Shown in pieces: positions 28,903 to 38,460 of a DNA stretch of 64,000 nucleotides. Source of the DNA: Candidatus Multivorans sp. GTDB lineage: Bacteria; Acidobacteriota; Thermoanaerobaculia; Multivoradales; Multivoraceae. The notes under the pieces are model-generated. The model made no database searches. It saw only the letters and a list, made by a program, of their open reading frames with translations, and was not told where the DNA came from. Location: the NCBI GenBank assembly GCA_965247095.1, contig OZ251997.1, positions 1,600,001 through 1,664,000 of the forward strand, given 5' to 3'. The stretch's first letter is position 1; every line of letters begins with the position of its first letter. Made by a program: the position numbers and the translations under genes.

Positions 28903-30600
28903 TCAGTTCGCGGGCGGCTTCTGCGTCTCGTTCTTCTCCGGCTCGCCTTCCGCCGGCTTCGGCGCCGGCTTGGCGTAGATGTCGACCGCCTTGGCGCCTT
29001 CCTCCTCCTCGGTGGGCGGGCGCACGCCTTCGGCGAGCATGATCGTCTCGATCGCGGACACCGTAACCGGTGAGGGCTTGAAGTTGCCGAAACGGTAGCC
29101 GCGCGCGATCGAGAGCGGCGTCCAACCGTACTTGTTCCGCTGGTTCCAGACCTCGATGTCGGCGCCGTTCTCGGCCAGAAGCTGAACGACGCGTGGCAGG
29201 TTCTTGTAGGCGGCGCCGTGCATCGGCGTCTCGCCGGTATCGTTCACCGCGTTGATGTCCGCGCCGAGTTCGAGCGCCGTTCGGACCGCCTCGAGCACTT
29301 CCTCCTCGGTACCGGCGTCCTCGCCCGGCGAGCGCGTGCCGAGACCGGCGGCGGCCATCAGAGCGGTCGAGTTGTCGTCGGTCCGGGTCAGCGGATCGGC
29401 GCCAAGCTCGGCCAGCACGCGCATCAGGTCGGTGTCGGCGACCAGGGCGGCCAGGACGAATGGCGTCGCCCCCAACTCGTTGAAGCCGGTGTTGTTGAGG
29501 CGGGCCTTCGCCGTCATGCCTGCCTCGAGGTCGGCGCCGTGGGCCATCATGTCGCGGACGAAGTCCAGACCGTCCATGGAACCCGAACCATCGGGCCTCG
29601 GGTTGTTGTCGCCGGCGCCGGGCTTGCGCACTCGCGCCAGCATGTGCAGCGCCGTGTAACCCGGGTTGGACGCGTTCGGGTCGGCGCCCGCGTCGAGAAG
29701 CCGCGCCGCGAGTTCGAAGTGGCCGTTGGTCACCGCGACCAGGAGCGGCGTCGAGCCGGGTCGTACCGAACGTCCGCCTGGCAGCGGGCGATCCCGCTTC
29801 ACCGCCTTGCGCGGCGTCGCCGCGTTCACGTCGACTCCCGCCCGCAGCAGGGCCTCCATCACCTCGATCCGGCCCTCTCGGACCGCGAACAGAAGCGGTG
29901 TGTAGCCGGAGTCGAGGGTCGCGTTCGGATCGGCGCCGACTTCGAGCAGCAGCTCGACGACCTCCAGGTTGCCCTCGGCGGCGGCCCACATCAGCGCCGT
30001 CTGGCCGCGCCTGGGCTCGCGGAAGTGGACATCGGCGCCGGCCTCGTAGAGCGCTTCGACGACCTCGATCCGGCCGGTCCGCGCGGCGGTCATGAACACC
30101 GTCTCACCGCCCGGCAACACGGCATTCGGGTCGGCGCCGGCCGCCAGAAGCGCTTCGGCGACTTCCGGGTTGCCGTTGGCGCAGGCCAGGGACAGCGGGA
30201 TGACGCCGTAGCGATTCGCCGCCGAGGCGTCGGCGCCGGCGTCGAGCAGGCGGCGCACCAGGTCTTCGCGGTCGTGGAAGACCGCCCAGTGGAGCGCCGT
30301 CATGCCGTCGACCTGGGCGGCGTTGACGGCGTCGGCGGATGGCGGAGCGGCGAGCAGGCGTTCCAGCGTGGCGGTGTCTAGGCGTTCGGCGGCGTCGGCG
30401 AGGGGGGCGGTGGTGGTTGCGGCGGTGGCGGTTGCCGGAGCGGCTAGGAGAAGAGCCAGGGCGACGGTCCAGAGCAGATTCCGGCCTTGCGGCCGGATGC
30501 GGGCAGGATGCCCGCGTGCCGTCGGCGCGCCCGATGACGGGCCCGCCGAGCGGTTCGCAGGTGGCGCGAATTCGCGCCACCTGGGTTCCCAGGTCCGCAT
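28903..30600 (-). CDS. Exported ankyrin-repeat protein
   Basis: Repeats DGMTALHWA, YGVIPLSLA, GQTALMWA, GYTPLLFA and GETPMHGA; hydrophobic signal after a repeat-derived extension. Confidence 0.92.
   Translation of the reverse strand: MRTWEPRWREFAPPANRSAGPSSGAPTARGHPARIRPQGRNLLWTVALALLLAAPATATAATTTAPLADAAERLDTATLERLLAAPPSADAVNAAQVDGMTALHWAVFHDREDLVRRLLDAGADASAANRYGVIPLSLACANGNPEVAEALLAAGADPNAVLPGGETVFMTAARTGRIEVVEALYEAGADVHFREPRRGQTALMWAAAEGNLEVVELLLEVGADPNATLDSGYTPLLFAVREGRIEVMEALLRAGVDVNAATPRKAVKRDRPLPGGRSVRPGSTPLLVAVTNGHFELAARLLDAGADPNASNPGYTALHMLARVRKPGAGDNNPRPDGSGSMDGLDFVRDMMAHGADLEAGMTAKARLNNTGFNELGATPFVLAALVADTDLMRVLAELGADPLTRTDDNSTALMAAAGLGTRSPGEDAGTEEEVLEAVRTALELGADINAVNDTGETPMHGAAYKNLPRVVQLLAENGADIEVWNQRNKYGWTPLSIARGYRFGNFKPSPVTVSAIETIMLAEGVRPPTEEEEGAKAVDIYAKPAPKPAEGEPEKNETQKPPAN
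30481..30592 (-). repeat. Composite three-hairpin REP-like element, in frame in the ankyrin gene 5' end
   Basis: Minus strand: CTGGGAACC-CAGGTGGCGCG aatt CGCGCCACCTG-CGAACC...GCCCG tcat CGGGC...GCGGGCA tcc TGCCCGC ATC. Confidence 0.85.
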
Positions 30601-30605
30601 CACCC

Positions 30606-31958
30606 TCAGCCCGCCAAACGGACCGGGTCCGCCAGGGTGTCGATCCGGCCGGTGCTGTCGGCGAAGGAGTCGAGCCGCACACCGACGCTGTCAAGCAGAC
30701 TCAGGTGCAGGTTGGCCATTGGCGTCGGCTCGTCGTAGCGGATGTGGCGGCCGCCGCGGATCCTGCCAGCGCCACCGCCGGCGACGATGATCGGCAGGTT
30801 CACGTGGTCGTGGATGTTCGGGTTGCCCATGCCGCTGCCGTAGAGGTACACCGAGTTGTCGAGCAGCGTGCCGTCCCCCTCGGGCACCGAAGCCAACTGC
30901 TCCAGGAAGTACGCGAACAGAGAGACGTGGAACTGGTTGATCTTCGCCAGCTTCGCCACCTTCTCGGGATCGTTGCCGTGGTGGGAGGTCGGATGATGCG
31001 GATCGGGGACGCCGATCTCGGGATAGGTCCGGTTGCTCGACTCGCGCGCGAGCTGGAAGGTGACGACCCGGGTCACGTCGGACTGGAGCGCCAGCACCTG
31101 CAGATCGAACATCAGCCGGGCGTGATCCGCGTAGGCCGCGGGCACGCCGACGGGCCGGTCGACGTCCGGCTGCGCGCCTTCCTCGGTCTGGGCTTCCGCC
31201 CTCTGGATGCGGCGCTCGACCTCGCGCACCGAGTCCAGGTACTCGCCGACCTTCACGCGGTCGCCGGGGCCCAGTTTGCTCTCGAGCCGGGTGATGTCGT
31301 CGCGCACCCAGTCGAGCAGGCTCGCCCGCCGTCCCAGTCCCGCGCGCCGCTCCGCCGCCGTGCCGCCCTCGCCGAACAGCCGCTCGAAGACGATCCGGGG
31401 ATGGGCCTCGGCCGGCAACGGCGTCGTCGGCGACGACCAGGAGAGGTTGTTCTGGTAGACGCAGGCGTAGCCGTTGTCGCACTGCCCCACCATGTCGAGC
31501 AGGTCCATGGCCAGTTCCAGCGACGGCAACTGGGTGTCCTGGCCAATCTGCTGCGCCGCGATCTGATCAACCGTCGTGCCCAGGTAGTAGTCCGTGCTCT
31601 CGGTCCACTTCGCCTTCGCCGCGCTCAGGAAGGAGGCGTTCGAGGTGGCGTGGGTGCCTGGATAAGCGTTCTTCAGTTCCAGGTTCGTGACGACGTTGAT
31701 CTGGTCCTTGAGCGCCGCCAGCGGGCTCAGGCTCGGCGACAGCTCACCGAGCGCGCCGCTCGTGCCCGGCGGCGTCCAGCGCGTGATGTCCGAGCCCATG
31801 GGCACGTACACGAACCCGAGGCGGCGCACCGGCTTCGCCGCCGTCTTCGCCCAGGCGGTCATGGACGGCACCATTGCGTCCAGCAGAGGCAGCGCGATCG
31901 CCGCACCCATTCCCCGCAGGAACGTGCGTCGCGGCAGAGCCTTCTTGGTCAGGATCAT
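30606..31958 (-). CDS. DUF1552 (HXXSHH) protein with Tat signal
   Basis: 'LPRRTFLRGMGAAIALPLLDAM', 'HHPTSHH' and 'YGSGMGNPNIHDH'. Confidence 0.92.
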   Translation of the reverse strand: MILTKKALPRRTFLRGMGAAIALPLLDAMVPSMTAWAKTAAKPVRRLGFVYVPMGSDITRWTPPGTSGALGELSPSLSPLAALKDQINVVTNLELKNAYPGTHATSNASFLSAAKAKWTESTDYYLGTTVDQIAAQQIGQDTQLPSLELAMDLLDMVGQCDNGYACVYQNNLSWSSPTTPLPAEAHPRIVFERLFGEGGTAAERRAGLGRRASLLDWVRDDITRLESKLGPGDRVKVGEYLDSVREVERRIQRAEAQTEEGAQPDVDRPVGVPAAYADHARLMFDLQVLALQSDVTRVVTFQLARESSNRTYPEIGVPDPHHPTSHHGNDPEKVAKLAKINQFHVSLFAYFLEQLASVPEGDGTLLDNSVYLYGSGMGNPNIHDHVNLPIIVAGGGAGRIRGGRHIRYDEPTPMANLHLSLLDSVGVRLDSFADSTGRIDTLADPVRLAG

Positions 31959-34495
31959 GACGATGCTCTCCTCATCCGGAAGGGGTCGCTCTCTACGATC
32001 GCCCGAATCAGCGACGACATCCTGTAGTCGTCCGCCCCGGCTTGCCGCAGGATGGACCGTACTGCCGGACCGTCGTTCGCCGTCACGCCGCGGCCGGTGG
32101 CGAACACCAGGAGCTTCTCGGTCAACGTGGTCAGGAAGAGATCGGGCCGTGCCAGCAGCACGGCTTCGAGTTCGGCGACGCCGTCGAACGCCGAGCCGTC
32201 CCAGAGTTCGCCCGAGGCGTCGATCGGCTGGCCGGTGTCAACCGTCCGCCAGCGGCCGATCGCGTCGTAGTTATCGAGTGCGAAGCCGACCGGGTCCATC
32301 AGCCGGTGGCAGCCCGAACAGGCGGGGTTGTCGCGGTGCGCCGAGAGCCGCTCCCGAATCGGCAGTTCCCTGGCGACGATCTTCGCCTTCGGCAGGTCCG
32401 GTATGTCGGGCGGCGGCGGTGGCGGCGGCACGCCGAGCAGGTTGTCGAGCACCCAGTTGCCGCGTACGACCGGCGACGTGCGGGTGGCGAAGGAGGTCAC
32501 GGTCAGGATGCTGCCGTGACGCAGAAGCCCGCCGCGGGCGCTGTCGTCGCCCAGGTCGACCCGGCGGAACCGGCTGCCGACGATGTGCGGAATGCCGTAG
32601 TGCCGGGCCAGGCGTTCGTTCAGGAAGGTGTAGTCGGCCCGGAGCAGATCGAGGACGCTGCGGTTCTCGCGCAGAATGCTGCCTACGAACAGTTCCGTCT
32701 CGCGCCTGAACGACTGCCGCAGGTTCTCGTCGAAGTCGGGGAACAGGCGCTTGTCCGGCGTCACACCGTCCAGGTTGCGGAGGTGCAACCACTGCGCCGC
32801 GAAGTTCGTGACCAGGTTCTCCGCCCTCGGATCGGCGAGCATCCGTTCGACCTGCCGTCGGAGGCGGTCCGGGTCGCTCAGTTCGCCTGCTTCCGCCGCG
32901 GACAGCAGCTCGTCGTCCGGGATGCTGCTCCAGAGGAAGAACGCGAGCCGCGACGCGAGCTCCAGGTCGCTGATCCGGTACGGCGCCCCAGCCGCTGCCC
33001 CCTTGGGCTCCCGCTCGATCCGAAACAGGAACTCGGGACTGACCAAGACGGCGGCCAGACCCATCTCGATGCCGGCTTCGAATCCTCCCTCGGCCTTCGC
33101 CTGGCTATAGAGAGCGAGGGGACCCCGCACGTCGTCGTCCGTCACCGGCCGGCGGTAGGCGCGGCGTATCAGGTTCTTCAGGATCTCCTGCGCGCAGCCG
33201 TTCTCGTCGGCCGCGCTCCGCGGCTGGCAGACGAAGACACTCTGCCGGCTTGGGGTATCGCCGGCGCCCACGCCGCCAAACGCCTCGCAGGCTCGGAGTT
33301 TGGCCCCAGCCCCCACCTCACCGGACACCCGCAGCTCGGAGCGCGCTTCGCTCTGCTCCGAGCGGCACGCGCCCGGTTGCAGATACGGCCCGACGATCGA
33401 GACCGAGAAGATCGCCGGCTGAACGCGCGGGTGCCGGTAGTAGTTGAAGTGCGACTCGTAGGGCTGCCGCGCCGTCTCCAGCAACACCCACGGCCGGGCC
33501 GGGAAGGTGACGCCGACACCGTGCGGACCGGCGCTCACCGGCACCCGGATGACCAGGTGATCGTCCACATCGTCCTGCGACGGCTGGTAGTTCAACGCCA
33601 CGTCGCTCATCAGGTCCGGTGGCGCCACGCTGAACGTCTCGATCCGCTCCCGGTCGATCAACAGCTCCAGGTCGTGCGGCTCGCTCAGGCCCTCGACGTG
33701 CTCGTTGCGGTCACGCGCGAGCCGGATCGAGAACTCGTAGACCCCGTCGGCCGGGAAGTTCCAGGTCGCGAGGAGGCCGCCGCGGGTGCCGACGGGCAGC
33801 CCCTCGACGTGCTTCTCCTGGGTCAGATCGGGGTCCGTGCGGAAGGTGACCCCGGTCGGCTCGTCCGCCCGGCCCACCGCGAGGCGGCTGATCTTCTCCG
33901 CCGCACCGACGTAGCGTTCCAGCAGGGTCGGCGAGAGGTCGCCGACGGTCACGTTGTCGAAGCCGAAGCTCGAGGAATCGCCCGGCAGCAGCGCCGCGAC
34001 GTCGACCTCCAGCGCGATCAGGTCGCGCACCGCGTTGTGGTACTCGGTGCGGTTCAGCCGGCGGAAGGTCTCGGTCCGGCCCGGATCGGGCGACTCGGCG
34101 GCGATGCGGTCGAGTTCCGTCTCGAGGGACGAGAGTGCCTCGACATAGGCGCTGTCGTCCGGGCGCCGGCGGCCCGGAGGCGGCATCTGCCGCGCCCGCA
34201 GCTTGCGGGCGACCTTCTCCCAGGACGCGCGATCAACGCCCGCGTGCTGCTCGACCAGCGCGTCGAGTTCAAGGCCCGCCGTCTTGAGCCGGTTGTTGTG
34301 GCAGCCCAGGCAGTGGCGCGAGATGAGGAGGCGGTGCGGCGCGTCAGCGTCGAAGGCCGGGGCCGCGGCCGGAGCAGCCGCCGGGGGCCCGGCAACTGCA
34401 GTTGACCCAGCCGCCGCAAGTAGCCCGCCGAGACACACGGCAGCCACCCGAATCGCCCGCGGGCGATGACTGCGACGGCGTCGTGGCTGGTGCAT
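31955..34495 (-). CDS. DUF1592-containing cytochrome c-type protein (DUF1587/1595/1592/1588/1585 architecture)
   Basis: Heme motifs CLGCH and CSGCH, 'RRLNRTEYHNAVRDL', 'LASRLAFFLWSSIPD' and 'RTSPVVRG.WVL'. Confidence 0.92.
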   Translation of the reverse strand: MHQPRRRRSHRPRAIRVAAVCLGGLLAAAGSTAVAGPPAAAPAAAPAFDADAPHRLLISRHCLGCHNNRLKTAGLELDALVEQHAGVDRASWEKVARKLRARQMPPPGRRRPDDSAYVEALSSLETELDRIAAESPDPGRTETFRRLNRTEYHNAVRDLIALEVDVAALLPGDSSSFGFDNVTVGDLSPTLLERYVGAAEKISRLAVGRADEPTGVTFRTDPDLTQEKHVEGLPVGTRGGLLATWNFPADGVYEFSIRLARDRNEHVEGLSEPHDLELLIDRERIETFSVAPPDLMSDVALNYQPSQDDVDDHLVIRVPVSAGPHGVGVTFPARPWVLLETARQPYESHFNYYRHPRVQPAIFSVSIVGPYLQPGACRSEQSEARSELRVSGEVGAGAKLRACEAFGGVGAGDTPSRQSVFVCQPRSAADENGCAQEILKNLIRRAYRRPVTDDDVRGPLALYSQAKAEGGFEAGIEMGLAAVLVSPEFLFRIEREPKGAAAGAPYRISDLELASRLAFFLWSSIPDDELLSAAEAGELSDPDRLRRQVERMLADPRAENLVTNFAAQWLHLRNLDGVTPDKRLFPDFDENLRQSFRRETELFVGSILRENRSVLDLLRADYTFLNERLARHYGIPHIVGSRFRRVDLGDDSARGGLLRHGSILTVTSFATRTSPVVRGNWVLDNLLGVPPPPPPPDIPDLPKAKIVARELPIRERLSAHRDNPACSGCHRLMDPVGFALDNYDAIGRWRTVDTGQPIDASGELWDGSAFDGVAELEAVLLARPDLFLTTLTEKLLVFATGRGVTANDGPAVRSILRQAGADDYRMSSLIRAIVESDPFRMRRASS
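33264..33374. repeat. 105-nt palindromic in-frame insertion flanked by a 6-bp direct repeat
   Basis: GCGCCC at 33264-33269 and 33369-33374; internal stems CTCGGAGC...GCTCCGAG and GCCAAAC...GTTTGGC. Confidence 0.7.
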
Positions 34496-34629
34496 CTCCA
34501 ACTCCCGGCTGAAGATCAGATCTGGATACAACGGTACGGGCCACAGTCTAACAGTCGGCCAAGTCGCTGCATGTTCAATGAACCGTACTTCCTAGGTTCC
34601 TTCCGCTCGCGGTCCTAGGATCTCAGACA

Positions 34630-35541
34630 GTGACAGGAATCGACCATCGAATCCGGGCGCTGCTGGTGGCCGCGGTCATCCTCGCTCAGCCGGCAACGGG
34701 CGAGGAGTCAGAGCCTGCCCGCTACGAGAGTGCCCTTGCCGAGTGGCGTGCCGATCGGGTGGCGAGCCTCAAGGGCCCGGATGGTTGGCTCAATCTGGCG
34801 GGCCTGTACTGGCTGAAGGGAGGCGCCAACAGCTTCGGCACCGCAACCGGTAACGACCTCGTGACGCCTGAAGGATCGGCGCCGCCGACGCTCGGGGTCT
34901 TCGCAGTCGAGGACGGCGCGGTCACCTTCCGGGCCGAACCGGGCGTCGAGGTCCTGCACGGCAAATCACCCGTCACCGAGATGCTTCTGGTGGACGATCA
35001 GGAGGCCGACCCCACCCTCCTCACCCACGGCTCCCTGGCCTGGACCGTCATTCGGCGCATGGACCGGGTGGGTGTCCGTCTTCGGGACTACGATCATCCC
35101 GCCGTGACGGCCTTCGCCGGCATCGAGTCCTACCCCACAGACCAGGACTGGCGGATCGAAGCAAGGTTCGAGGCCTATCCCGAACCCCGGAAGATCCGGG
35201 TCGCCACGGTCGTCCAGGGGCTCGGCTGGGAACCGACCGTTCCCGGCACCCTGGAGTTCGAGGCCCAGGGGCAATCGCTGTCGCTGGAGGCCTACCGATC
35301 CGACGATGGGTTCTTCATCGTGTTCGCCGACGACACAACCGGCGACACGACCTACCCCGCCGGCCGCTACCTCGCCGCCGCCTTGCCCGGCCCGGACGGA
35401 ACCACGATCCTCGACTTCAACAAGGCATACAATCCGCCCTGCGTGTTCAGCGAGTTCGCCACCTGTCCGTTGGCCACGCCCCGGAATCGGCTCGCGGTGG
35501 CAGTGGAGGCGGGCGAGAAGTACGCACCCGATCCGCCATAG
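34630..35541 (+). CDS. DUF1684 family protein
   Basis: 'GWLNLAGLYWL', 'F.D.TTG.TTYPAGRYL' and 'LDFNKAYNPPCVFSEFATCP'. Confidence 0.92.
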   Translation: MTGIDHRIRALLVAAVILAQPATGEESEPARYESALAEWRADRVASLKGPDGWLNLAGLYWLKGGANSFGTATGNDLVTPEGSAPPTLGVFAVEDGAVTFRAEPGVEVLHGKSPVTEMLLVDDQEADPTLLTHGSLAWTVIRRMDRVGVRLRDYDHPAVTAFAGIESYPTDQDWRIEARFEAYPEPRKIRVATVVQGLGWEPTVPGTLEFEAQGQSLSLEAYRSDDGFFIVFADDTTGDTTYPAGRYLAAALPGPDGTTILDFNKAYNPPCVFSEFATCPLATPRNRLAVAVEAGEKYAPDPP

Positions 35542-35585
35542 GACGCGATCGAACAGGACCGGCTACTCGGCGTAGACCGATTTCG

Positions 35586-35622
35586 CTCGACAAAAGCGCC
35601 TATCTTCGGTACTTTTGACGAG
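35586..35622. promoter_or_regulatory. Inverted repeat upstream of abiEi, probable operator
   Basis: CTCGACAAAAG...CTTTTGACGAG, 10 of 11 positions complementary. Confidence 0.5.
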
Positions 35623-36425
35623 TGAAATCGAGATCGAACCGTCTTACGGCATCTCACCTGCTCCGTGACTGGAGCTCCCGCGGCCGCTATCACTTCTCGA
35701 CGGAAGAGATGGCAAACGAGCTCGGCGTTTCGCTGACGGCGACAAGGTCAGCGCTCAGGCGTCTCAAGAAGAAGAGGCTGGTGGCGACGCCCTACCGAGG
35801 CTTTCACGTCGTCATCCCGCCGGAGCACCAGCGACTCGGCTGTCTGGCCGCCGAGCAGTTCGTGCCTCAGCTCATGGACCGGCTCGGAATCCCCTACTAT
35901 GCCGGGCTTCTGACGGCCGCTCGGTACCACGGCGCTGCGCACCAGCAGCCGCAGATCTTCCAGGTCGTCGTCCCCAAGAACCGGCCACCGATCCACTGCG
36001 GACTAGTCGAGGTCGGATTCGTCGCTCGCCGGAACGCAGCGGCGATTCCGGCACAGAGGGTGAACACGCCGCGCGGTTTTCTCAGGATCTCTTCCCCCGA
36101 GGCCACGGCCTACGACCTCGTCGGCTACCCGGGGCACTGTGGCGGGCTCGACAACGTAGCCACTGTTCTCTCGGAACTGGGAGAGAGTCTCGATCCCGGG
36201 AGACTCTCGTCGCTCGGTGAGCTCTCGCCTATCCCCTGGTCCCAACGCCTCGGTTTCCTCCTCGACCTGGTCGAGCACTCGTCCCGGAGCAAGGCCCTCG
36301 CCGACTTCGTGGAGAATCACGCGACGGAAACAGCGGTTCTGGTCCCCGGCGGGAGCAAGGCCTCTGCCAGGCGCAATGCCCGCTGGAAGCTCCTGATCAA
36401 CGCCGCCCTGGAACCGGACCTTTGA
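35622..36425 (+). CDS. Type IV TA antitoxin, AbiEi family
   Basis: N-terminal wHTH 'GRYHFS', 'YYAGLLTAARYHGAAHQQPQ' and 'SSPEATAYDL'. Confidence 0.9.
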   Translation: MKSRSNRLTASHLLRDWSSRGRYHFSTEEMANELGVSLTATRSALRRLKKKRLVATPYRGFHVVIPPEHQRLGCLAAEQFVPQLMDRLGIPYYAGLLTAARYHGAAHQQPQIFQVVVPKNRPPIHCGLVEVGFVARRNAAAIPAQRVNTPRGFLRISSPEATAYDLVGYPGHCGGLDNVATVLSELGESLDPGRLSSLGELSPIPWSQRLGFLLDLVEHSSRSKALADFVENHATETAVLVPGGSKASARRNARWKLLINAALEPDL

Positions 36426-37244
36426 TCCCCGCAGACTTCATCGCCGAATGGCGGGAGCAGGTCCCGTGGGTTCAGAACTCACAGGTGGAACAGGATCTGG
36501 TCATCAGCCGTGCCCTGGCTGAGATCTTCGCCGACGACGGCCTTGTCCGAACTCTCACCTTTCGAGGAGGAACCGCACTCTTCAAGCTCTATCTGGCTCC
36601 ACCACCGCGCTACTCGGAAGACATCGATCTCGTCCAGACGGTTGCCGAGCCGATCGGCCCGACCATCGACCACCTGCGCCATCGGCTCGACTCCTGGCTC
36701 GGCGAGCCGAGGCGCTCCTTCAAGGAGGGGCGAGTGACCCTCCTCTATCGGTTCGCGTCGGAGGACGCGCCCCCTCTTCCACTGCGCCTCAAGATCGAGA
36801 TCAACTCGCGGGAGCACTTCAACGTGCTGGAGCTTGTTCACAAACGCTTTGGGGTCAGATCCCGTTGGTTCTCGGGCACGGCTCGGATCCCGACGTACGC
36901 ACTGGACGAGCTACTCGGGACGAAGCTGCGCGCTCTGTACCAGCGCAAGAAGGGTCCGGGACCTCTTCGATCTCTGGTGGGCTTCGCGGCAGGTCGAAGT
37001 CGACTTCGATCGCGTCGTTCATTGTTTTGTCGAGTACCTCGCAGCCGAGGGTCACAGGGTCTCCCGAGCCGAGCTGGAAGCGAATCTGGCGGGAAAACTT
37101 CAGGACCCGGTATTCCTCGCCGACCTTCAGCCTCTCCTGGCACCCGGAGTCACGTGGGATCTCGACGCCGCGGCCGAGTGGGCATTCGAGGAGATCACGC
37201 CTCGGCTCAGGGGAAACCCCTGGAAGGGGACCAGGGAACGCTGA
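36422..37244 (+). pseudogene. AbiEii/AbiGii nucleotidyltransferase toxin with a +1 frameshift
   Basis: 'QVEQDLVISRAL', 'FRGGTAL', 'RYSEDID', 'KLRALYQRKKG', then an extra C at 36956-36957; 'RDLFDLW' continues in the next frame to TGA 37244. Confidence 0.85.
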
Positions 37245-37660
37245 CGATCCGGCGCATCGCCCCGACGGCTTCGCCGGCAAGGAGCGGGCCTGGAACGACC
37301 GGGAGCTGCTGCGGCTGTGGCGGGTCGAGTGGCAGGGCCTCACGAACGTCGCTCTCGATCGCGCCGGCCGGAGCGGATCGACCACCGCTCCCTACCGACC
37401 AGTCGAGGACGCGCTCTCCCGCGGCGACGTCGAGAAGGCCGCGAAGCTGCACCGGGCGCCCCAGATTCACCTGGGGCCGGCGGTCTGGGCGGCAGCCCGC
37501 TCCGGGCGACCGCACCCCCGCATCGAGCGCGCCAAGCGCCTCCAGGAGGCGTTCAGGAGCGCCGTGGACGACTACCGCGGCGAACTGCTCGCGGTGGAGG
37601 AGCGGCAACGCCGGCTCTACCGCTTGGCCGCGGCCCAGGCGCGGTCCCTACCGCCCCGCC
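37241..37660 (+). pseudogene. MobA/MobL (MOBQ) relaxase C-terminal remnant
   Basis: Across frameshifts: 'LTIRRI', 'DGFAGKERAWNDRELLRLWRVEW..LTN.AL.RAG', 'ERIDHRSL' and 'PQIHLG'. Confidence 0.75.
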
Positions 37661-37663
37661 ACG

Positions 37664-37718
37664 AGTGTGCAGTCTTTTTCAGTTGCCACAAGTGTGCAGT
37701 TTTCGGTTGCCATTGACA
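37664..37718. mobile_element. Solo IS21-family terminal repeat
   Basis: Reverse complement TGTCAATGGCAACCGAAAACTGCACACTTGTGGCAACTGAAAAAGACTGCACACT has a TGT end and a duplicated GGCAAC..ACTGCACACT motif; no istA/istB present. Confidence 0.7.
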
Positions 37719-38460
37719 GTTCACCCCGAAACCGGCCGGAAAGACACCTCCCGAGCCGGAACCCCGGCGCGCTCCCGCGCAGGCGCTGCCTGGCACACCC
37801 TCCCCCCGGCGCCCCCCAACGCCGGCCGCTGGCAGCTCCTCGAGGGCGCGATCGAGGCCTGGCCACGCCCTGCAGGAGCGACCTTGGTCCCCGCCTGGCG
37901 GCGGCCCGGTGGAGCAGAGATTCACCTTCTTCTGATCGGCACTTCCGGCATCCTGTGAGGGCCGGTCTTAGCCTTCCCGCAGGGACTCCGCCGGGAGCGA
38001 CCCCGCCCCGGACGTGGAACGAACAGTGGAACGGGAGGGGTAAGTCCAGACCGCACGAAGTGGGGCCTGGAGGGGGGCGCTCCCAGCACGCCCCCCCGCT
38101 TCCTGCGGCCCGGTCGTTGTCCCGAATCGGAGGGTAACGACTGGAGGGAGAAGGGATAGCAGCGGGCGCGATGTGGAACGCGGGGCGGCTGCTGCGTGGA
38201 ACGGCGGGGGGTGTGTCCCTGTTCCATCCTTGTGCGGCGTGATCAGACCAGGGCGTCGGGAGCGGGGCGGCGCGTTCGAGGGCGCCGGCACCGGCGCCCA
38301 CTCGGACACTGGGCAGAGGTTGCGGCTGAAAGGAACCCTCTATGACAGGCAGCTCGAAGCCGACAACGCCACTATTCATGCGAGCATTGACCGAGCAGTA
38401 ACCCAGCTTCGCCTCCGCCCGCGAAGCGCCCGGCATGAACCGCTGACATTGGAGAACACC

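Noticed and set aside
36422-38137. 571-aa ORF as a long AbiEii fusion
   Set aside because: Sequence after residue ~179 is out-of-frame read-through caused by the +1 frameshift.
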